A stretch of DNA of 64,000 nucleotides from Pseudomonadota bacterium (GCA_021325135.1 JAJPHT010000027.1:43336-107335), one strand, 5' to 3'; counted from the first letter of the stretch, positions 28,897 to 37,833 are shown. The notes: generated by a model from the sequence alone, not told the origin. Translations and numbers: made by a program.

Positions 28897-29250
28897 ATGG
28901 GTGTCAAGAAGAAGCTGAAGGCTCGAGACATCGAGCAGCTGGAGAACACGAGCATCGCGTCCGCCCTCGTCGGGAACGAGATTCTCGACGTGAACAGGCT
29001 CGTCAACGTGGACATCATCAAGACGACCTGTCAGCAGGACTCGGTCTGCGAAGAGACGGTGGAGTGCGTCGTGGTCATCACGTGCGGCTTCACGAGCTGC
29101 GTCAACACCTGCTGCCACAACTGCAGCGTCGGCACGTGCTTCTGCACCGCGGCCTGCACGCTGGTGAGCTGCGACGCCGGCACGGTCTGCGCCTGCACCA
29201 AGGGCGACTCGTGCAACGACGGCTCGGTGTGCGTCGCCCCCACCGGATAG
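28897..29250 (+). CDS. RiPP precursor A1 (117 aa, 16 Cys)
   Basis: Leader KKKLKARDIEQLENTSI; core with 16 Cys and 18 Ser/Thr. Confidence 0.88.
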   Translation: MGVKKKLKARDIEQLENTSIASALVGNEILDVNRLVNVDIIKTTCQQDSVCEETVECVVVITCGFTSCVNTCCHNCSVGTCFCTAACTLVSCDAGTVCACTKGDSCNDGSVCVAPTG

Positions 29251-29332
29251 ACCTGCCCCCACGACGTGAGAAGCATGCAGACACCCTCCTCGCCCGCACG
29301 CTCATCCGCTCCCCTTCCGGAGGACGCCCTCC

Positions 29333-30238
29333 TTGCCTGAGATCGGCGTCCTCGACTTCGGCCTCCACGAGCCTGGCGACGCCCAGCGCTCGCTGCGCAA
29401 CACCATCGCCCTCGCCCAGGGCGTCGAGCCCCTGGGCTTCTCCTCCTTCTGGGTGACGGAGCACCACCAGGAGGGCTACGCGCAGGCCAGCCCCTCCGTG
29501 CTCGCCGCCGCCGTCGCCGCCTCCACGCGCCACATCCAGGTGGGCGTGGGCGGCGTCCTCCTGCCCTACCACCCCCCCTACCGCGTCGCCGGCGACTTCC
29601 GCCTCCTCTCGGCCCTCTACCCCGGGCGCATCCACCTGGGCGTGGGCCGCGGACCCGGCGCCGGGCCCGAGGTCATCCGCGAGCTCGTCCCCGAGGGCAC
29701 GCCGGTCTCCGACCCCGCCTTCTTCGAGGCCCACGCGCGACGCCTCCTGGAGCTTCTCCACGACGAGGACCCCGCCGTGCGCGTGCGCCCCGAAGCGGCC
29801 GCGCCCCCCATGTGGGTCCTCGGGCGCAGCCCCGAGGCCGCGGCCTTCGCCGGGCGCCTGGGCGTCGGCTACGCCTACCCCGAGTTCATCATCCCCGACG
29901 ACCCCGCCGGCTCCCGCACGGGGCGCTGCTTCGACGCGTACCGCCGCGCGTTCACGCCGCGCCCAGGCTCCGAGAAGCCCCGCGCCTGCCTGGGCATCAC
30001 GGCGTACTGCGCCGCGCCCGGCGAGCCCGTGCCCGCGGCGTCCGACGCCAACGTGCACGGCACCGCCGCCCAGTGCCGCGCGGACATCCGCGAGCGCATC
30101 GAGCGCCTCGACCTCGACCTCCTCCTGCTGGGCACGCTGCGCAGCCTCTCCCTGGAGAGGCAGGTGGCCAACCTCGGCCGCCTCGCCCGGGCCCTCCGTC
30201 TCCCCCAGAACCTCCCCCCGCAACGGGTGACCCCATGA
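29333..30238 (+). CDS. Luciferase-like (LLM) flavin-dependent oxidoreductase 1
   Basis: WVTEHH, VGVGGVLLPYH.PYRVA, PGRIHLGVGRG. Confidence 0.9.
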   Translation: MPEIGVLDFGLHEPGDAQRSLRNTIALAQGVEPLGFSSFWVTEHHQEGYAQASPSVLAAAVAASTRHIQVGVGGVLLPYHPPYRVAGDFRLLSALYPGRIHLGVGRGPGAGPEVIRELVPEGTPVSDPAFFEAHARRLLELLHDEDPAVRVRPEAAAPPMWVLGRSPEAAAFAGRLGVGYAYPEFIIPDDPAGSRTGRCFDAYRRAFTPRPGSEKPRACLGITAYCAAPGEPVPAASDANVHGTAAQCRADIRERIERLDLDLLLLGTLRSLSLERQVANLGRLARALRLPQNLPPQRVTP

Positions 30239-31374
30239 CTGCCGCCACCACCTCCGCACCCGCACGCCGAAACGCGACCCTGGACAGCCTGCCCGACATC
30301 CTCGTGAAGCGCGGGCTCGTCGACCGCGCGCGCTTCGTGGACAGCTACGTCTCCATCGAGGACCGCTCGCGCCGCAACCGCAACTTCAAGGTCGTCGTGC
30401 CCGACGGCCCCAAGCTCCTCGTGAAGCAGGGCTCGGAGGGGGCCAACGGAAGCTGGGCCGCCGTCGAGAGCGAGGCGCGCCTGCTGCGCACCGCCGCCAC
30501 CGACCCCGCGTTCGCCTCCATCCGCTGGTTCTCGCCCAAGATCGTCGACTACGACGAGGAGAACCAGATCCTCGCCACCGAGCTGATCCAGCCCGCGACG
30601 ACGCTCACCAAGTACCACGTGAACCTGGGCAACATCCACTTCCCCTCCGAGGCCGGCGACACGCTGGGCCGCCTCGTCGCCTCGTGGCACAACGCCGCGC
30701 GCAAGGCGTGGAAGGGGGGCCGCCTGGAGTACGTCCACCGCTCGCAGCCCTTCGTCGCGCCCACGCTGGAGCAGCTTCGCCGCGCGCCCGCCCAGCCCAC
30801 CGACGTCCGCTCGTCGTACCTCAAGCTCGTCAAGGAGATCGTGCCCTACGAGCGCCACGTCGCGCAGATCGCCGAGTGGGAGAAGGAGCACAAGGGCGTC
30901 GGCCACGGCGACATCCGCTGGGACAACGTCCTCATCACCGAGGGCGGCGGCCGCGGCGGCAACATGAACTTCCGCCTCATCGACTGGGAGATGGCCTACG
31001 TGGGCGACCCCGCGTGGGACGTCGCGTGCTACCTGGGCGAGTACCTGCGCCTCTGGTTCATGAGCACGCTGGGGCGGCAGGTCACCAGCGTCGCGGAGGT
31101 GGAGTCCAAGGCGAAGTTCAAGCTCGCCGACACGCACGAGTCCATCGCCGCCTTCCTCGACAGCTACAGCCGGAAGTCGGAGATCGCCGCAGGCAAGAGG
31201 CCCAACCTCGTGCCGCGCCTCCACGCCTACCTCCCCTACGTCGTGCTGCTCATCTGCTACGAGTCGCTCCAGCGCCAGGCCCAGTTCCCGCCGGTCTGCA
31301 AGGTCGCCATCGAGATGGCCCGCGACGCGATCGAGGACCCCCAGACGAAGCACCACGAGTGGTTCGGCCTTTGA
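30235..31374 (+). CDS. APH-family Ser/Thr kinase, LanK-like dehydratase subunit
   Basis: SRRNRNF, LVKQ, HGDIRWDNVL, IDWE...GDPAWD; ATGA-coupled to LLM1. Confidence 0.88.
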   Translation: MTAATTSAPARRNATLDSLPDILVKRGLVDRARFVDSYVSIEDRSRRNRNFKVVVPDGPKLLVKQGSEGANGSWAAVESEARLLRTAATDPAFASIRWFSPKIVDYDEENQILATELIQPATTLTKYHVNLGNIHFPSEAGDTLGRLVASWHNAARKAWKGGRLEYVHRSQPFVAPTLEQLRRAPAQPTDVRSSYLKLVKEIVPYERHVAQIAEWEKEHKGVGHGDIRWDNVLITEGGGRGGNMNFRLIDWEMAYVGDPAWDVACYLGEYLRLWFMSTLGRQVTSVAEVESKAKFKLADTHESIAAFLDSYSRKSEIAAGKRPNLVPRLHAYLPYVVLLICYESLQRQAQFPPVCKVAIEMARDAIEDPQTKHHEWFGL

Positions 31375-31384
31375 GGTGATTGTC

Positions 31385-32392
31385 ATGAATCCTGTCCAAA
31401 AGCTCTGCGAAGAGGTCTCGTTCGTCTCCGAGACGCGCGTCCGCATCCGAACCATGGAGATCGACGGCGAGCGCCTCCAGAACCGCTTCACGAAGTCCGT
31501 CGAGGGCTACCCCGCCATCGTGGGGGGCCTGGCCCAGCTCGTCTACGACGAGTTCTACTGCGAGCGCGACCCGGGCCGCGGCGCCTACGCGTTCGTGGAG
31601 GACCGCATCCTGCGCGACGAGTTCCACCTCGCGCTGCGCCGCGCCAGCGCCTCGCGCCACATCTGGACCTCCGGATGGACGCAGGAGGCGGACCAGGGGG
31701 ACAAGCTCCTCCTGCGCAACCGCAACGGCGCCGCCGTGCTCGCGAACCGGGACGCCGTGCGCCCCGCCGCCGACGGGACGATGGCCGTGAAGGTCACGCC
31801 CGACTCCGTGCCCACGCAGGCCGGGTGGGTCTACTTCTTCGGCGAGACGGCCCACCCCGCCGAGGCCCAGACGACGGTCCGGCTCTACTGGAACCTCTGC
31901 GCGCAGGGCGCCGTGCCCTTCGCGGGGACGCTCACGCGCGTCCTCAACAAGGCCGAGGTCCCCTTCCAGATGAAGGTCGTCGAGGACCCGCAAGGGTTCC
32001 GCCGCGCGGACGGCGGCGTGCTCTACGTGCCCCAGACGAGCTGGGACGCGCTGCGCGCGAACCTCCCCGAGATCTACGCGCAGATCGGCCCCTACCTCAA
32101 GCGGAAGACGCCCCTCTTCGCGCTGGAGATGGCGCCCGGCCTGGGCCTCGCGGAGGACCCCGGCAACGGCGAGAGCTTCGGCATGTCCCGCTCGCGCCTC
32201 GTCGCGGAGGGCCTCTACGACGCGCTCAACGTCGGCGCGACCGACGCCGACGCGCGCCGCGAGGCCATCGAGCGCCGCTTCTCCCGCGCCGGGCTCGACC
32301 CCGCGCGCCCCCACCTCAACCCCGGAAGCCGCGCCGAGTACGTCGCGGCCCTTCCCGCGAACCCCATCCTTGCCCTGGGTGACCTGCCATGA
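31385..32392 (+). CDS. HopA1-like phosphoSer/Thr lyase, LanY-like
   Basis: RLYWN, FQMKV, RADGGVLY, GLGLAEDP..GESFGMSR, P.LN motifs of the HopA1 family. Confidence 0.88.
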   Translation: MNPVQKLCEEVSFVSETRVRIRTMEIDGERLQNRFTKSVEGYPAIVGGLAQLVYDEFYCERDPGRGAYAFVEDRILRDEFHLALRRASASRHIWTSGWTQEADQGDKLLLRNRNGAAVLANRDAVRPAADGTMAVKVTPDSVPTQAGWVYFFGETAHPAEAQTTVRLYWNLCAQGAVPFAGTLTRVLNKAEVPFQMKVVEDPQGFRRADGGVLYVPQTSWDALRANLPEIYAQIGPYLKRKTPLFALEMAPGLGLAEDPGNGESFGMSRSRLVAEGLYDALNVGATDADARREAIERRFSRAGLDPARPHLNPGSRAEYVAALPANPILALGDLP

Positions 32393-33705
32393 GCATCTAC
32401 CTCGAGAACGCCGCCGCCATCGCCGACCAGCTCTGCGAGGACGCCCACGTGGCCAACGGCCGCGCCAACTGGGTGTCCCGCTCCGTGCCCTACGCCCAGC
32501 GCAGGCCCGACGGGAAGTCCCCCGACCTCCTGCCCGCGCTGGAGCCGCTCAACCCGTCGTTCTATTCTGGGACCGCGGGCATCGCGGTCTTCCTCGCGCG
32601 CCTCCACCAGTACACCAAGGACCCGCGCCACGCGCGCATGGCGAAGGCGGCCATCCGCCACTCCATCGAGCACGCCTTCGACGTGGTCCCCGCCTCCGAG
32701 CGGCCCATGCCCATCGGCACGAGCTGGCAGAAGGGGTTCTACATCGGCAGCATGGGCATCGCGTGGGCCACCGAGGAGGTCGGCCGCGCGCTGGGCTCCG
32801 ACGACATCCGCCGCGAGGGGCGCAGCCTCTTCGCGCGCGTCGCCAGCGAGCCCTCCGCCACCGAGTTCGACCTCATGTTCGGCGTCGCGGGCTCCGTCGC
32901 CGCGTCGCTGAGCCTCGCCGAGCAGGGCTACCAGGGCGCCCAGGAGTTCGCCGTGGCCATGGGCGACTGGCTCCTCTCCAACGCGCGCAAGGAGGAGCAG
33001 GGCTGGTCGTGGCTCGGCTACGGCTCGTCGCCCAACGCGCCCGCGCTGCTGGGCCTCAGCCACGGCACCTCCGGCGTCGCGGTCGTGATGCAGCGCCTCT
33101 ACGAGGCCACCAAGGACGAGCGCTACCTGGAGGCGGTGGAGCAGTCCATCGCCTACGAGCGCGCGAAGTTCGACGCGCAGGAGGGCAACTGGCCCCACTT
33201 CGGCATCCCCGCGCAGCAGGACGGGCGGCCCGGCTTCTTCTCCACCTGGTGCCACGGCGCGCCCGGTGTCGGCCTCGCCCGCGCCTTCCTCTACCCCCGG
33301 ATGCGCGACGCGCGCATGCTCGACGAGATCCGCGACGCGTGGAAGAACACCGTGCGCTCCGTGGAGCTGGACCTGGAGCGGCCCGGACGCGACTTCCAGT
33401 ACTGCCACGGCGTGGGCGGCAACACCGAGTGCCTCTGGGAGATGGCCAGCGTCCTCGACCCCGCCAAGGGCGCCAAGCTCGCGCGCGACGTCGCGCAGTA
33501 CGGCGTCGAGCGCTACGGCAAGGGCGCGGCGGGCAAGTGGGGCGGGTGGGCCGGCTGGCCGACGGCCGTCTCGCACCGCTACCACCCGCCGCTGATCACC
33601 GGCCTCGCGGGCGTCGGGTACTTCCTGCTGCGGGTCCACGACCCGGCCCGCGTGCCCACCGTCCTGCTGCCCGCCGTCTCCATGGACTACGCCGCTGCGC
33701 GTTAG
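32389..33705 (+). CDS. Stand-alone LanC lanthionine cyclase
   Basis: GxxG repeats: YSGTAG, GLSHGTSG, WCHGAPG, YCHGVGG, LITGLAG; Zn ligands present. Confidence 0.92.
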   Translation: MSIYLENAAAIADQLCEDAHVANGRANWVSRSVPYAQRRPDGKSPDLLPALEPLNPSFYSGTAGIAVFLARLHQYTKDPRHARMAKAAIRHSIEHAFDVVPASERPMPIGTSWQKGFYIGSMGIAWATEEVGRALGSDDIRREGRSLFARVASEPSATEFDLMFGVAGSVAASLSLAEQGYQGAQEFAVAMGDWLLSNARKEEQGWSWLGYGSSPNAPALLGLSHGTSGVAVVMQRLYEATKDERYLEAVEQSIAYERAKFDAQEGNWPHFGIPAQQDGRPGFFSTWCHGAPGVGLARAFLYPRMRDARMLDEIRDAWKNTVRSVELDLERPGRDFQYCHGVGGNTECLWEMASVLDPAKGAKLARDVAQYGVERYGKGAAGKWGGWAGWPTAVSHRYHPPLITGLAGVGYFLLRVHDPARVPTVLLPAVSMDYAAAR

Positions 33706-33708
33706 CCA

Positions 33709-33726
33709 GGCAAGGTCCGCAAACAA
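33709..33726 (+). promoter_or_regulatory. RiPP-locus motif copy 3
   Basis: GGCAA-GGTCCGC-AAACAA. Confidence 0.5.
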
Positions 33727-33791
33727 TGGAGAAGTAGGCTCGGGACGCTATCCGGCGGGGCAGATCGCTGCCCCGTTTCAGAGGTTCGCCT

Positions 33792-34151
33792 ATGGGTGTC
33801 AAGAAGAAGCTGAAGGCTCGAGACATCGAGCAGCTGGAGAACACGAGCATCGCGTCCGCCCTCATCGGGAACGAGATCCTCGACGTGAACAGACTGGTCA
33901 ACGTCGACATCCTCAAGACGACGTGCCAGAAGGATTCCGTGTGCGAGGAGACCGTGGAGTGCGTCGTCGTCGTCACGTGCGGCATCACGAGCTGCCTCAA
34001 CACGTGTTGCCACGATTGCAGCTTCGGCACGTGCGTCTGCACGCAGGCGTGCACGGCCATCAGCTGCGACGCGGGCACGCTGTGCGCTTGCACGAAGGAG
34101 AACACGTGCAACAACGGCTCCGTGTGCGTCGCCCCCACCGGATCGTTCTAG
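33792..34151 (+). CDS. RiPP precursor A2 (119 aa, 16 Cys)
   Basis: Paralog of A1 with all 16 Cys positions conserved. Confidence 0.9.
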   Translation: MGVKKKLKARDIEQLENTSIASALIGNEILDVNRLVNVDILKTTCQKDSVCEETVECVVVVTCGITSCLNTCCHDCSFGTCVCTQACTAISCDAGTLCACTKENTCNNGSVCVAPTGSF

Positions 34152-34215
34152 GCTTGCCCCCTTCCAGCCCGAACACCTCCACCTTTCCCCCCTTGCCCCT
34201 TGCTGGTGACCGACG

Positions 34216-35187
34216 ATGGACGTAGGAATCCTCGACTTCGGAACGCGACGCGACCGATCCGACCCCCGGAGCCGGATGGAGCTCATGCTGGAGCGCGCGC
34301 TGCGCGCCGAGGCGTTGGGCTTCGACGAGTTCTGGGTCACGGAGCATCACAATCCCGAGGCCCACCACTCGGCGCCCCTCGTCGCCATCACCTACCTCGC
34401 CTCCCGCACCACGACGCTGCGCGTCGGCTCGGGCGGCATCCTCCTCCCCTACGTGAGCCCGTACCGCGTGGCGGAGGACTTCTTCGCCCTCCACTCCCTC
34501 TTCCCCGGCCGCATCGAGCTTGGCGTGGGGCCCGGCCCCGGGACGTACCCGGAGGCCGTGCGCGCCATCCTGGATCGCGCGCCCTCCGAGCCGCCGCAGG
34601 GCGAGTACCACCAGAAGGCGCGCCGCCTGGCGTCGTACCTGCGCCGCGAGACGCCCGAAGGCTTCGAAGGCCTGGAGCCCACGCCGCCCGTGGAGGCCAA
34701 GGCCCCGCCCCTCACCATCCTGGGCGTGAGCAAGCGCGCGGTGGACCTCGCCATCGAGCTGGACGCGAGCTTCACCTACGGCTTCTTCATCGCCGACCCC
34801 GACCCCCTCTACTCGCGGGCCCACGAGATCCTCTCCGACTTCCGCGCCCGCCGCCGCAGCGCGGGCCAGCGCGCGGGCGTCGCCTTCATGGCGCTGGCCG
34901 GGCGCAACGAGGCGCAGGCCGCCGAGTGGGAGCGCGTGAACCGCGGCACCGGCAGCCGCGGCCACCTCTTCGTGGGCTCCGTGAAGCAGGTCCGCACGGA
35001 GTTCGAGGAGCTTCGCGCGGCCCTCCAGCCGGACCTCGCCCTCCTGGGCATGAGCCCCGGCGTCCCCCACGCCCACCAGATGCTGTCCATCGAGGGGCTC
35101 GCGAAGGCGCTCCTCCCCGGCCAGAGCCGCAAGCAGGCGCCCGAGCCGCCCCTCGCCGTCGCACGCACACAGGAGAGCATGACATGA
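34216..35187 (+). CDS. Luciferase-like (LLM) flavin-dependent oxidoreductase 2
   Basis: WVTEHH, VGSGGILLPY.SPYRVAEDF, FPGRIELGVG. Confidence 0.9.
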   Translation: MDVGILDFGTRRDRSDPRSRMELMLERALRAEALGFDEFWVTEHHNPEAHHSAPLVAITYLASRTTTLRVGSGGILLPYVSPYRVAEDFFALHSLFPGRIELGVGPGPGTYPEAVRAILDRAPSEPPQGEYHQKARRLASYLRRETPEGFEGLEPTPPVEAKAPPLTILGVSKRAVDLAIELDASFTYGFFIADPDPLYSRAHEILSDFRARRRSAGQRAGVAFMALAGRNEAQAAEWERVNRGTGSRGHLFVGSVKQVRTEFEELRAALQPDLALLGMSPGVPHAHQMLSIEGLAKALLPGQSRKQAPEPPLAVARTQESMT

Positions 35188-35390
35188 AGCGAAGGCTGAC
35201 CGCCAAGGATGTGGAATCGCTGGAGAACACGAGCATCGGAGGATCCCTCGGCGTCCTCGACGTCGGCGTGGTCGACGCCGTCGTCACCCCCAACGTCTGC
35301 GCTGCCGGACCGGGCCCCGTCGGCCCGATCTGGGACGAGGTGACGGCGTGCATCTGCCGCTACTCGTGCGGCTACCGGAGCTACGCGTGA
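35184..35390 (+). CDS. RiPP precursor A3 (68 aa, 4 Cys)
   Basis: Leader MKRRLTAKDVESLENTSIGG; ATGA overlap with LLM2. Confidence 0.85.
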   Translation: MKRRLTAKDVESLENTSIGGSLGVLDVGVVDAVVTPNVCAAGPGPVGPIWDEVTACICRYSCGYRSYA

Positions 35391-35415
35391 GCCGGCAAGG
35401 GGACGCTCGGTCGCT

Positions 35416-35433
35416 GGCAACCGTCGCCAACAA
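35416..35433 (+). promoter_or_regulatory. RiPP-locus motif copy 4
   Basis: GGCAA-CCGTCGC-CAACAA followed by GCGTTAGGC. Confidence 0.6.
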
Positions 35434-35480
35434 GCGTTAGGCGACTGCGCCCCCATGGCGCAGCCACAGGAGAGGCTGTC

Positions 35481-35765
35481 ATGAAGCGAAGGCTGAGCGC
35501 GAAGGACGTCGAGTCGCTGGAGAACACGAGCATCGGAGGCGTCCTGGGCCTCCTTGACGTCGGGACGGCCGTCGGCGTCTACCCCGGGTTCGTCTGCGTC
35601 GGCCACACGTCGCCCCCCTGCCGGCAGGACACGACCATCGGCGTCCCGTGCCCGGTCGCCTCCGTCTGCGGCGAGACGGCGCCCTGCACCGTCGTGGTCT
35701 GCCCCGACACGTGCGCCGACACCTGCTGCGCCCACAGCGACGTGATCCGCCCCCTGGAGCCGTAG
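35481..35765 (+). CDS. RiPP precursor A4 (94 aa, 9 Cys)
   Basis: Shared leader; Cys/Thr-rich core; AGGAGAGG RBS. Confidence 0.9.
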   Translation: MKRRLSAKDVESLENTSIGGVLGLLDVGTAVGVYPGFVCVGHTSPPCRQDTTIGVPCPVASVCGETAPCTVVVCPDTCADTCCAHSDVIRPLEP

Positions 35766-35778
35766 GCGCAGAGGCCTC

Positions 35779-35796
35779 GGCAAGGGTCGGCAACAA
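35779..35796 (+). promoter_or_regulatory. RiPP-locus motif copy 5
   Basis: GGCAA-GGGTCGG-CAACAA followed by GCGTTAGGC. Confidence 0.6.
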
Positions 35797-35842
35797 GCGT
35801 TAGGCATCCAGTTTCCCATCGGGCGCCCACAGGAGAGGTTGC

Positions 35843-36121
35843 ATGAAGCGAAGGCTGAACGCGAAGGACGTCGAGTCGCTGGAGAACACGAGCATCGGAA
35901 GCGTCCTGGGCGTCATCGACACCGGCGTCGCCGACAAGCTCCTCACGGGCATCGTGTGCGCCGCCAACACGACGCCCATCTGCGATCACGGGACGGCCTG
36001 CCCCGTCGACTCGGTCTGCCACGAGACGGCGGAATGCACCATCGTCGTCTGCACCAACTCGTGCCACGACACCTGCTGCGCCTACGACAGCACGAACCTG
36101 TTCCGGCCCCTGGGGCCGTAG
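35843..36121 (+). CDS. RiPP precursor A5 (92 aa, 9 Cys)
   Basis: Shared leader and core motif. Confidence 0.9.
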   Translation: MKRRLNAKDVESLENTSIGSVLGVIDTGVADKLLTGIVCAANTTPICDHGTACPVDSVCHETAECTIVVCTNSCHDTCCAYDSTNLFRPLGP

Positions 36122-36142
36122 GTTGACCGGAGGAATGACCAC

Positions 36143-36427
36143 ATGAAGCGAAGGCTGAGCGCGAAGGACGTGGAGTCGCTGGAGAACACGAGCATCGGAG
36201 GCGTGCTGGCGATTCTGGACACGGGCGTGACCAACGTCACGACCTTCATCTGCGTCGCCAACACGACGCCCATCTGCGAGCACGGCACCGGCGTCGGGTG
36301 CCAGATCGACTCGATCTGCCACGAGACTGCGGAGTGCACCATCGTCGTCTGCACGAACTCATGCCACGACACCTGCTGCGCCTACGACAGCACGGGCGCG
36401 ATCCGGCCCGCGCTGACGTCGCCGTAG
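36143..36427 (+). CDS. RiPP precursor A6 (94 aa, 9 Cys)
   Basis: Shared leader; core nearly identical to A5; GGAGG RBS. Confidence 0.9.
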   Translation: MKRRLSAKDVESLENTSIGGVLAILDTGVTNVTTFICVANTTPICEHGTGVGCQIDSICHETAECTIVVCTNSCHDTCCAYDSTGAIRPALTSP

Positions 36428-36456
36428 GACGTCCGGAGCACGCCGAGGGGTGACGA

Positions 36457-37833
36457 TTGGAGATCGAGCGCGTGGAACTCGGGCTGGCCTCGCGGCTGGC
36501 GTTCCGGGACCTGGTCTACACGTCGGACCGGGGCATTCCCCTCGTGGGGTGCCCCGCCGTCCACCGCTACCTGGAGGTGGACCAGGACACCATCCACGGC
36601 ATCCGGGCCCTCCAGTCGACGGCCACCATCGGCGAGGCCGAGAGCCGCATCCTCGCGGAGACGGGCGAGGAGGTCGACCTCGTCTACCTCGCCAACGTCC
36701 TCCTGGACCGCGGCTTCATCGCCACCGTGGACGGCGAGGAGGTGGGGGCCGACCTGGTGAAGAAGACGCCCTCGCTCCTCACCCGCGTCCCCCCCGAGCG
36801 CGTCGCGTTCCTCCGCAACCCCGTCTTCGTGGCCGCGGTCGTGGGCCTCACCGCCTTCGCCATGCTCCTCCTCGCGACGGAGCCCACGCTGCGCCCCCGG
36901 CGCGAGGACCTCTTCCTCCTCGACAATCCGCTGGAATCGTTCCTGCTGAGCTTCGGGACCCTCCTTCTGCTCGCGGGGCTCCACGAGCTTTCCCACTACT
37001 TCATGGCGTGGAGCTACGGCGTCCGCTCCTCGTTCAGCCTGTCCCACCGGTTCTACGTCATCGTCATGCAGACGAACGTGACCAACGTCTGGACGCTCCC
37101 GCGCCGCCAGCGCATCGCCGTCTTCCTGGCGGGCATCGGGTTCAACCTCGTGGTCCTCAGCGCGGCCGTCGTGGCGCTGGCCGTCTCCGACGCGGGCTTC
37201 CATCAGCTCTCCTTCACCCAGGAGGCCGTCCTGCGCTGGATCGCCTACCTCAGCTGGATCCCCGTCATGTTCCAGTTCTTCGTCTTCGCGCGCACGGACT
37301 TCTACTACGTCCTCATGACGCTCGTGGGGGAGCGCAACCTCACGGCGGACGCGCGCGCCTACCTCCGGTTCCTCGCGGGGCGCCTGTGGCGCTCCATCCG
37401 CTCGCGCGAGCGCCGCGCCTGCCCCCACTGCCAGCGCGCCGGCATCCCGGAGGACCCGTTCTGCTACGGCTGCAAGCGGCCGCTGCCGGTGTCGGACCCC
37501 AACCTCTACCCCTTCACGTACAAGAGCCAGTGGCGGCTCCTCGTCTTCTCGGTCGTCCTCTTCCTGGGCACCATCCTGGGCACGATGTTCTTCGTGTTCT
37601 TCGTGCTCAGCAGCATGCCCAAGCTCCTCCTCTCGGGCGCCTTCGTGACGATGTACGGCTATCGCACGGGCCACTGGACGCAGATGGCGGAGGGGCTCCT
37701 CGTCGTCGCCATCGTGGGCTTCCAGGGCGCGTTCATGGCGCGCTCCATGGGCGGCAAGGTCAAGGGCTGGATCGTGGGCGCGCGCAAGCGCTGGCAGGAC
37801 CGCCGCGCAGGCAAGGCTCGCCAACAATCGTGA
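36457..37833 (+). CDS. M50/site-2-like membrane metallopeptidase with possible N-terminal RRE and a Zn ribbon
   Basis: HELSH in a TM, AGIGFN, RTDFYY, CPHC..CYGC; N-terminal strands plus three helices ending LLDRGFI. Confidence 0.8.
   Translation: MEIERVELGLASRLAFRDLVYTSDRGIPLVGCPAVHRYLEVDQDTIHGIRALQSTATIGEAESRILAETGEEVDLVYLANVLLDRGFIATVDGEEVGADLVKKTPSLLTRVPPERVAFLRNPVFVAAVVGLTAFAMLLLATEPTLRPRREDLFLLDNPLESFLLSFGTLLLLAGLHELSHYFMAWSYGVRSSFSLSHRFYVIVMQTNVTNVWTLPRRQRIAVFLAGIGFNLVVLSAAVVALAVSDAGFHQLSFTQEAVLRWIAYLSWIPVMFQFFVFARTDFYYVLMTLVGERNLTADARAYLRFLAGRLWRSIRSRERRACPHCQRAGIPEDPFCYGCKRPLPVSDPNLYPFTYKSQWRLLVFSVVLFLGTILGTMFFVFFVLSSMPKLLLSGAFVTMYGYRTGHWTQMAEGLLVVAIVGFQGAFMARSMGGKVKGWIVGARKRWQDRRAGKARQQS
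37810..37827 (+). promoter_or_regulatory. RiPP-locus motif copy 6 (inside the M50 3' end)
   Basis: GGCAA-GGCTCGC-CAACAA. Confidence 0.55.

Noticed and set aside
31385-32392. Type III secretion effector
   Set aside because: A HopA1-like gene between an APH kinase and LanC is the LanY context; no T3SS genes are present
28897-36427. Cys-rich ORFs as plain metallothioneins
   Set aside because: A conserved Cys-free leader, Ser/Thr paired with Cys, and interleaving with kinase/lyase/LanC favour RiPP precursors; metal binding is not excluded
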